Below are positions 34,894 to 44,422 of a DNA stretch of 54,175 nucleotides, in pieces. The notes under the pieces are model-generated. The model searched no databases. It was not told the DNA's origin and worked only from the letters and a program-made list of their open reading frames with translations. The first letter of the stretch is position 1, and every line of letters starts with the position of its first letter. The translations under genes were made by a program, and so were the position numbers. The stretch is taken from contig NC_068989.1 in NCBI RefSeq assembly GCF_001194135.2, positions 36,766,586-36,820,760 of the forward strand, in the 5' to 3' direction. This stretch comes from Octopus bimaculoides (Eukaryota).

Positions 34894-36691
34894 CTTAAAA
34901 AAAAAAAGACAAGATTGAAAACTAAATTTTCAAAAGTACCAATATATGTTAGTTTGTATAATTTTAAAAGAATCTTCTCTACTGTGATCTAACAAATAAA
35001 TTTTAAATTATTACCATATGCCTTGTAAGACTAAGTATGTGAAGAAATTAAATAACAGTAATAAAAGAATGGATTATATCATAGGACAGGTGATATCTTT
35101 GTCTTATATTCTTTAAAAAAAACTTTATGATACTAAAACCTTTTAAAACTATTATAACTATTGCAACCTACTCACAACATGCCATCTCTCTCTCATCCTT
35201 CTCCTGTCTACTGTATCACCATTACTGTTCTGATGATCCACACTGTCAGTCAGCTCCTACTCCCCACTACTTCTAACTCCTGTGTCATTAGTCATCTACC
35301 ATTCACAGCATTTTGCCCTTCAGCCTTAAGTATTTTTTTACAGTGGCTGCCTATCTCCTCTCCCCTCTTCCCATCTCATACTCTCTTGCAACCCCCATCC
35401 ATTCACATTCTTAGTCCCTCTCTCCCAGTCTTACTCACATTGTACTTTAGAGGTCCACCCTGACATCATCACTATTTCCATCTCTTCTCAGCTCCACCTG
35501 GTCGTTCCTACCCTCTCATCTAAAATGTGAGAAGTTATGTGGTTCCTCTACAACAAGAAACATGTTCTGCTCTGGCTCATACTTTTACCCCTTTTCTCCT
35601 AATGTAAAGCTGCCCCCTCATAGTTCAAAGTCTTGTAAGCTGTATGATGACCTCATTAGTGCTGGTGGTATGAAAACAAAAAAGCACCCAGTACATGCCA
35701 TAAAGTGGTTGGTATTAGGAAGGGCATCTTGCCACGGAAACCATGTCAAAGTAAACACTAGAGCATGATGCATTCCTGGGTCCCAGCAGATTCTGTCAAA
35801 CTGTCCAACCCATGCCAGCATGGAACAAGGATGTTAAATGATGTTGATGATATATGTAGATTATGTAAGATAATTATGATAGACATGTATTATTGCAAGA
35901 CTTAAATGAATCTAACTAACAGATACTGAATATTTGCAGCATAGTAATAGTAAAAATGTTAAGTTTATAATCCATTCGATGTCTCTTCACAAAAACCATG
36001 AGCTTTCCCATAATTATCTATGGAAATCTAAAATAAAATTCATCATCATCATCATCGTTTAACGTCCGCTTTCCATGCTAGCATGGGTTGAACGATTTGA
36101 CTGAGGACTGGTAAACCAGATGGCTACACCAGGCTCCAATCTAATTTGGCAGAGTTTCTACAGCTGGATGCCCTTCCTAACGCCAGTGGGTGTAAAATAA
36201 TTACTTACATTAGCATAGAATTTTATAGAAAGAAAACAGGATATTATGAGTGTTATACCTTTGCAAAAGGCATGTAAAAAAAACAGGAGTATATATTAAA
36301 ATAAGTAAGAATTTAAACAGAACAAGATCTCATGTCTTGTATAAGTAATTACTGATTACATGAAACAGTGCCCCAGTATGACTGGAATGCACAATGATTT
36401 GAACCAAGAAGAGAGTTTAAAATAAAGAATAAAACAGCTCTTCAGTTACAAGAGGATTAACCATATCAGTTTACATTATTTCATTACTGCAGCTGGGCTG
36501 TAATTACCCCATAGGCTTTACAGACAACTGAAATTGTTTGTAAGAATTCCCAAATATTTATTTAGATATATTAACGACAGTGCCTCTGCATGGCCACAAC
36601 TTTAGACTGGAATACATAGAGGAATGTCTCGTATCACATAAATACTTTTTATGTTCCAGATATGCATCTAAGCCATCATAGACACCCTCAT

Positions 36692-36902
36692 ATCATCATC
36701 ATCATCGTTTAACATCTGCTTTCCATGCTAACATGGGTTGGACGATTTGACTGAGGACTGGCAAACCAGATGGCTGCACCAGGCTCCAATCTGATCTGGC
36801 TGAGTCTCTACAGCTGGATGCCCTTCCTAACGCCAACCACACCAAGAGTGTAGTGGGTGCTTTTACATGTCACCAGCATGAGGGCCAGTCTGGCGGTACT
36901 AT
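36692..36902 (-). mobile_element. RTE-LINE 3' end (young copy); a similar shorter copy lies at 36043-36190
   Basis: Reverse complement of the RTE 3' UTR with a (CAT)n tail. Confidence 0.82.
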
Positions 36903-37041
36903 ATANNNNNNNNNNNNNNNNNNNNNNNNNNNNNNNNNNNNNNNNNNNNNNNNNNNNNNNNNNNNNNNNNNNNNNNNNNNNNNNNNNNNNNNNNNNNNNN
37001 NNNNNNNNNNNNNNNNNNACACACACACACACTTTATTTGA

Positions 37042-37233
37042 GGATTAACAAAGCAACCAATGGTTTCATATGGAAGAGAACTCCACAATTATTCAAGCAA
37101 GTCATTCAGGAATGTTGGTACTTGTCTCCATTTTCGATCGGAGACTACACCTAAAAGGGACATTCTCAAGTGGTTTGCTTGAAAAATTGTGGAGATCTCT
37201 TGCACATTAATCCATTGGTTGCCTTGTTAATCC
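37042..37233. repeat. 192-bp fold-back element (~75-bp imperfect inverted arms)
   Basis: ggattaacaaagcaaccaatgg...ctccacaatt...caagcaa pairs with ttgcttg...aattgtggag...ccattggttgccttgttaatcc. Confidence 0.75.
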
Positions 37234-37660
37234 AGGAATAAAGAATATTTATCCACTAATGCAGTGTTGGGGACTAATTCTCACTGTTCAATACTAACAT
37301 ATATATACACACACACACACACACACATATAGATAGATAGATATATAAATCATCATAAAATTCCTGATAGGTATATCTAAACCATCACAGTCACTGTCAT
37401 ATGAGAAACAAGTCCAGTGTCCTGCAAGAACCTCTGATATCAATTGGGCATTAAGTTTATTGACAACATATCTTCAAATGATACAAAAAAAAAAAAACGA
37501 TCTAATTTTTTGGGCTTTAAAACTGTACAGTTTTCAACATTGATGAAACAAAGATGATATCTGTCTGCATTAGAAACATTTATGATACTGAAAACCAGTG
37601 GAAATTCAATCAAATCATATATATTTATATAAGCATGTATGTAAACAAAATAAGACAAAC

Positions 37661-37762
37661 CTGTAGCCTGTTTAACCATTCCCACATAAGTGCAACCAGT
37701 ACTTCTGGGTTTGATTCTGTGAGGATCAATTTCCATCCATTATTGCTGTTGTTTAGTTCTTG
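37661..37762 (-). CDS. PTPDC1: PTPDC1 exon (QELNNSNNGWKLILTESNPEVLVALMWEWLNRLQ)
   Basis: tcattccag acceptor and CAG|gtttgt donor, phase 0 to 0. Matches human KELNSRDGAWERICGERDPFILCSLMWSWVEQLK. Confidence 0.9.
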
Positions 37763-38347
37763 CTGGAATGACATTTTTACATGACAATGTGTATGACATA
37801 ACACAAGTTTCAAAAAATAATCTGAAGATTAACTTATGTAGTAGTAGTCCATAAAGTTTTCTACTTAATAAAGTAGTTCTATAGCAATTACTTAGAAGCA
37901 AATGAAAGGAGGCATTGAATAGCTTAAAAGTTTAACACATTTTGCATAATGATCAACATATGAAGTTTTGGATGGTGATTTCAAGCAATGATATTAATTG
38001 TTTTACATAACTATGTTGGTTAAGTAACCTATCATATTTGTCGACTTACTCAACAGAGCTCTTATCTAAAGATTTTATACAATAAAAGAAATGTGCTCTT
38101 TTGGATTGAACACTAGCAATCTTTAATAAGAATTAACTTTTCAGACTTAAGCTTATTTTTAAGATAATCTATATTTATCAGAATTATACATTTTCTGGTG
38201 GCAGGTTGTTGAGTGTATTTAATATATATATAAAATAGGGTACCGAAATACCAGCTTGCTAGAAATAGGAGTCAACACTCCAAAGCCACAAATTTCTCAC
38301 TATTAAGAAACATGCTCAAAACTTACTGGCCACTTTATTATTATTGT

Positions 38348-38855
38348 TTGCTGTGTGGTAAGAAGCTTGCTTCCCAACCACATGGTTCCAGGTTCAGTCC
38401 CACTGCATGGCACCTTGGGCAAGTGTCTTTTACTATAGCCTCAGGCTGACCAGAGCCTTGTGTGTGGATTTGGTAGACAGAAACTGAAAGAAGCCTGTCA
38501 TATACATACATACATATGGTGTTGCCATCCGGTTTCACCAGTCCTCAGTCAAATCGTCCAACCCATGCTAGCATGGAAAGCGGACGTTAAACGACGATGA
38601 TGACGATGATGATATATGTGTGTGTATATATTTATGTGTGTGTGTGCTTGTGTTTGTCCCCCTGCCGTCGCTTGACAACCAACGCTAGTGTGTTTATGTC
38701 CCTATAACTTAGCAGTTTGACAAAAGTGACTGATAGAGTAAGTACTAGGCTTACAAAGAATAAGTCCTGGGCTTGATTTCTTCAACTAAAACCCTTTATT
38801 GGTGCTCCGGTATGACTGCAGTCAAATGACTGAAACAAGTAAAATAAGAGAATAT
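38348..38855 (+). mobile_element. tRNA-headed SINE with a ~90-bp RTE tail inserted in its microsatellite linker (about 38520-38612)
   Basis: SINE head and tail flank catccggtttcaccagtcctcag...gatgatgat. Confidence 0.8.
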
Positions 38856-39064
38856 ATATATACACACATACAGCATCTGGTGACTGGGTATGTATAAAAT
38901 ATATACGGTATCTGCTGGCTGGCTGTATATAATATCAAGTAGCTGAGTTGTCATCATCATTTAATGTCAATTTTCCATATTGGCATGCGTGTGTGTAGTA
39001 TCTTGTTGCTGCATGTATATAATATTAGGTGGCTAGGTGTGTGTGTGTGTGTGTGTATATACAT

Positions 39065-40495
39065 ATATTACAACAAGAATTAAAATTTTGGACATAGAGT
39101 TAGCAAAAGTTTTGTATCCATAAAGCCAAAGCCTTGTAGATAGCTTGTCAGACTCTATACAAAGACATAGAATTTAAACTTTCTATGTCGTAGACGTGAA
39201 GAAACACTCAGAAATCAAGATTCAAGTCAACATATAAAAACGTTAATGAGGACGGGTTGTCTCCTCTGAATCAGAGGATAAAACAACCCTTATAGACCCG
39301 CAAAAGCCTAACCAGCAAATGGGGAGATCCAATTTTCCAGTAGGTAGCGCTTGAAGTGGACACATTTAGAAAAAACCTCTTTATGACTATTTAACGCCCA
39401 AGTTTTAGTATAGTCCTTAAGAATTTTCACTCTCTCCGCGATGCAGATTTTGTAACAGCCACTCCCATTAATATATGGGCCTAGACAATCTATTATTTTC
39501 CACCTGATATCACAAGGGGTCTCTTGATCTTTGAAGTGCCACACATAGCAGGTCAGGAATGTGACAAACCGTCTTTCTGGGACTCTGAAGTATGACTGGT
39601 GGTTGCGGAAGTGATGCTTGAAAGATGTACTGGCTGATTCAATACATTCACAGACTAGGGATGTGGCTATATTCACACTCCTGGTATATCTCTGATAGGC
39701 TCTGGGCCTGGGGATGCTGTTGGTAACACCATTGCTGACGCAGTTGATATGGCGCAATGATCTGCTGGTGTTATCACCATGATTATTACTACTGGTCATG
39801 TGATTGGTGATGTAGCTGCCGGTGTCAGTGTGGGTGTGGCTGGTCATCCCATCGGTGTTGATGATAATTGTTTGGTCATCATCTGTGATGGTGGTACTGG
39901 GAACGCCGGATACCTCCTCTGTGTCACTTGTAGTGGTGGTAACATATGGTGTGGGAATGGTCACTGTCTGTGTCTATGACAATGGTTTGTTCATTATCTG
40001 TGGCAGTGGTACTGGGGTCGTTGGTTATGTCTTCTGTGATGCTGGTCCTGGATTGGTCATCATCTCTGGCTGTGGTGATTGAGATCTGGTTAATCTGCTA
40101 ATATTCCTGTTGGATGGTCATTATTGGTAATGCAGATAGCAGGTCTTCATAGATGACCCCTTCAGCCTCACATCGGCCTCCTACTGGACAGTTATTATAT
40201 ACCTTGCAAGAACACCCAGCCTTATATTGTGGGTACTTGTTAAAATGTTTTTTATGTTAGGTGCACAACTAAAGGAGACTTTTAGGTTGTACCATCCAAC
40301 AACAATATTAGCAGATTAACCAGATCTCATGCCAGTACAATTGCCACAGCCAGAGATGATGACCAATCTGGGACCAGCATCACAGAGGACATAACCGGCA
40401 ACCCCAGCACCACTGCCACAGATGATGAACAAACTATTGTCATAGACACAGATAGAATGACCAGCGCTGCACCTTATGTTACTACCAGTACTGAG
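39065..40495 (-). mobile_element. 5'-truncated Penelope-like element with a split GIY-YIG endonuclease and a 5' inverted segment
   Basis: YNLKVSFSCAPNIKNIL linker, CSCKVYNNCPVGGRCEAEGVIYE, a Thr/Asp-rich insert, then CIESASTSFKHHFRNH...LTCYVWHFKD...WKII...CYKICIAE...LNSHKEVFSKCVHFKRY. These are PLE GIY-YIG motifs. No RT is present in this copy. Confidence 0.85.
39094..39158 (-). ncRNA. Decayed type I hammerhead ribozyme (PLE 3' region)
   Basis: Minus strand: ATAGAGT-CTGACAA-G CTATCTACAAGG CTTTGG CTTTATGGATA C-AAAA-CTTTTGC-TA-ACTCTAT. Perfect 7-bp stem I and a long stem II; core G8>A and G12>A. Confidence 0.68.
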
Positions 40496-40639
40496 TTCAA
40501 ATTCCACCGAGGTTGACTTTGTGTTTCATCCTTTCGGGGTTGATGTAACTGACTTACCCACTCCCAGAAATTGCTGACCTTGTGCCAAAATTTGAAACCA
40601 ATGTTTCATGTAACAAGTTCAAATCAGCATTAAGCATAT

Positions 40640-40960
40640 TGTAAATATATTTATTCATTTAAAATGTAACAACATCCATTAGCAATAACATTTTCTCACC
40701 TTGAAACCAGTTTTTATTCTTCTTTGGGACAGGGGGAAAAAATCAGTTTCTTTAGGAGGAAAAAAATGTCTGGAGTGCCATTTTGACATTGTCCTTGTTT
40801 TTGGATGTTTTTTCCACAAAGTATTCAAGTGGCCTGAATAAATAAAAATCTGATGGTGCTTGGTCAGGCGAGTAGGGATGATGAGGTAGAGCTTCCCAAT
40901 CTAACGAATGTGACCTTTATTCTAAAGGGCAGCTCATGAGGTACCCACTTTCTCTATCCA
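40640..40960 (-). mobile_element. mariner transposase C-terminal fragment
   Basis: Minus peptide PDQAPSDFYLFRPLEYF...VKMALQTFFSS. Boundaries approximate. Confidence 0.65.
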
Positions 40961-41355
40961 CTTTCCCAATTGGCTTGAAATGATCTCATACTGTGGCCCA
41001 AGGTTTATTAACCCTCTGAGATAAGTCCTCGATACTTTGACATGGATCCTTTTGTGATATGATGTCAGACTGTTTGCTTGAAAATACATTACTTTTCAGT
41101 ACCCCTAATATGTATATATACACACTTATGTATACATGTAGCACAATGGGTGTGCAGTGGTGAACTATTGTTGACTTAGTCATACGCCGAGATATTACCA
41201 CTGACATAGTTTTGTGCAAAGCAACTGAAGCCTAGTAGTTAGTAGTGGGGGAAGAACACATACTATCATGAACACCTAACTTAAGAAGGAAAAAAATGAA
41301 GACATGCAAAAATGTGATGTACAACAGCAAAAGGAAATTATGCAAATGAAAATAC

Positions 41356-41934
41356 CTTTAGAGCATCTTTTTGCAAGATGACTTCCTTTGAGAAGGTTGT
41401 GCAACACAAAGCATTTGCAATTCTATGTTTGAGATTCTTGTCACCTTGAGGGAATGTATGGAGATGGCTACCTTTTGGCAGATTATTCTTTGTATTACTG
41501 GTAATGCTTGTAGAAGTTTCAGCAGTTAAAAAAAAACCAGTCACAGGGAAATTTCCACCTGCTATGGCACCGGAGTCTTTCATCAAATTACTATCACTGC
41601 AATGCATCTTGGAATTAGCACTCCCGTCTGACTGGTTGATAGCATGATATTCCATTGCATCCATGGCCTCATTGTCACAGTTAGTGCAAGCAGAAAGTTG
41701 TGATGTATTGGAATATAAGACATGAGATCTGTCATTTTTTAATACATCATCTTGTGAATGTATTTTATCAACACTTGAAGTTGAACCTCTATATGGAATG
41801 TCTCCTATTTCCTCTTCAGAAGCTTGGGCGGAAAAACTATCAGGAATGGTGATAGTTTTATTCATTATAGACAATGCCGAAGTGCTGCCACACTGTGCAA
41901 GTTCTAAAAGGCGCTCACATACATAATAAATAAT
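41356..41934 (-). CDS. PTPDC1: PTPDC1 large internal exon (IIYYVCERLLELAQ ... KHRIANALCCTTFSKEVILQKDALK), 193 codons
   Basis: tttatgtctttcttcacag acceptor and AAG|gtattt donor, phase 0 to 0, fully open. The ends match human IIHLVCKLLLDLAE and ILAAKAL. Confidence 0.92.
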
Positions 41935-43423
41935 CTGTGAAGAAAGACATAAAAATTATTAAAACAGAAATTAAGGTTTGTTTTCTCTCAACATAGGCAA
42001 AAAAAAAAAAAAAGAATATATTCTATTCTTTTACTGATTAGAATCATTGGACTGTGGTCATACAGGAGAACTGCCTGCAAGGGGTTTTTTAATTGATCAC
42101 ATTAACTCCAGTATATTTTTTATTGATCGCTATTGAATGACAAAAATCACCTTTTTGAGATAAAAGGTGTCTTCATACACTAGTGTACAGAAACATAGAT
42201 GCTATTCTGATGAGGTCTAATAGACTGAAGCATGTCCAACATTGTCCCTTCTATGTAAACAAAGATCAGACTATTTTCATTTTTTTTTTAACCTGGAAAG
42301 AAATTTCAATGAAGAATTTTTTGTATACAACATTCAGAACATCACTGTTAAATGTAATTATCTCAATGGATGCCAATGACACATCTTACTTTTAACGACA
42401 CGCACATACACACGCCAATGCCTTTTGAGTGAACTTGGTTAGATGGAAACAGTAGAAAGTCTGGGGGTTGGGTATCTGGGTGAGGATAGTTGATTTAATC
42501 AACCTAATACTTATGACAGTCACAGCTGGCCTCAGCAGGACTAACTTTCATCTTAGAAAGTATAGGCATGCTCAGACTTCACTGGTGCTGGTGCCATGTG
42601 AAAAGTATCCAGTCCACTCTGTGAAGTGGTTCACATTAGGAAGACCATTCAGCCATAAAAAACCATGCCAAAACAGACCTCGCTGGGATTGGTACCGTGC
42701 AAGAAGCAGCCAGTCCATTCTATAAAATGGTTGGCATGAAGAAGAGCACCTCTAGTTGTAATAACCATGCCAACACAGACAGGGGAGCTTGGTGCAATCC
42801 TCTGGCTTGCCAGCTCCTGTCAGTCTGTCCAACCTAAGCCAGCATGGAAGATGAATGCTAAATGATGATGATGATGATGATATGTATATAGTTGCCTCCT
42901 ATAACGTTGGATAGCCATAGATAGCCCTTTAACATAACCCAACTTATTTTAGACTCTAGCCTTCTCTTTTTTTCAATAATCCCTACCATGCTACTCTTCC
43001 CCATCCTCTTACCATCCCTCATCCTTCCACTCAGAATCATCACCCTCACTTCTATTCTTCCCTAGTTAAAGGAGCTCCTTTAGGTCCTCAACCATGCAAG
43101 TTATGAGGATATAATCACTAGTGGTGGTGTCATGAAAAAGGCACCTAAATACATTCAGTAAAGTGGTTAGTGTTTCTAAGCAAGCTAATATTACCCAATG
43201 ACCATGCATGTTTTCAGAAGGAAACTGGAAACAAATGACACTGCTTGTATGACAGCAACACTTGTTTACAACTATCATGGGATGTCAAGAAAGAAATGCA
43301 TATGTAAAACTTCATTGAGTTTCTCTCTATCAAATCCATTTATAAGGCTTTGGTTAGTGTGGGATTATAGTAGAAGACACCTGCACAAGAAAGGTGCTAC
43401 ACAGTGGGAGTGAACCTGATATA

Positions 43424-44389
43424 TCAGGCTGAGTGAAAAGTAAGCAACGTTTTGAAACATGAAATTTGTCACAATATATTTCAACAATGCGGAAATTTTA
43501 TTCATCAAAGTACCATTACAATCCACACATTTTTGCCGAGTTACAAGTTTGTTTATTCTGGTGACATAAAAATCTGGAGTTCTGGAGCTGATGAACTCTT
43601 TGAATGCACTTTCAGCATCGGTTTAATTTTTGAACTCCTCTTGCAAGAAACCATCAAGGTGGTTGAAAAAGTGGTAGTCGATAGGAGAAAGGTCTGGGGA
43701 ATAAGCTCGGTGGGGAAGAACTTTGTAGCCAAGTTCCCTCAACGTCTGGAGCATCATTAGTGAAATGTGTGGTCAAGCATTGTCAGGAAGAATGATTGGT
43801 CCTCTTCTGTTAGCCAGTCTGGGACGGAGGAATAGCAGTTTTTCATTCATTTTGGCAATTTCATGGTAATATGTTTCCGCAGTAATAGTTTTTCGAGGTT
43901 TTAAGAAGTTACTAGACTACCTTTGACCTGTTGGGTCACCTGGAAAGTCTGAGCTTCCCAACAATGGAGTTTTGTTTTGTGGGTTTCCTTTTTTCTTTTC
44001 CAGGTTATTTCGCATGCTTTCAACGAATATGGCTCCTTTCCCCAGAAAAGGAAAGATTTTGCTGCTATTTCTTACATGCCCTGCTACCACATAATAGGTA
44101 TTTCGGGTCCTTTATCGCAAATAGCTGTTACGTGGTAGCAGAGCGTGCTAGAAATAACAGCTAAATCTTTGGAGCTGAGATACATTGAAAGCACTCGAAA
44201 AAATTTTTGTAATGGTATTCCCTTGGGGCGATCTTTCACTTTGACTCTCAGAACTGTCATCTAGATCAGCTGCTTTTGTTCATTAATTTCCGTAAAAATT
44301 ATTTATTTATTTTTGTTTTAAAGTGAAAGAGAGGAGAAAGTGGAAGATGTATGAATGTGTATCTGAAATGGACATGTGTGTGTGTGTGT

Positions 44390-44422
<33 letters not shown>

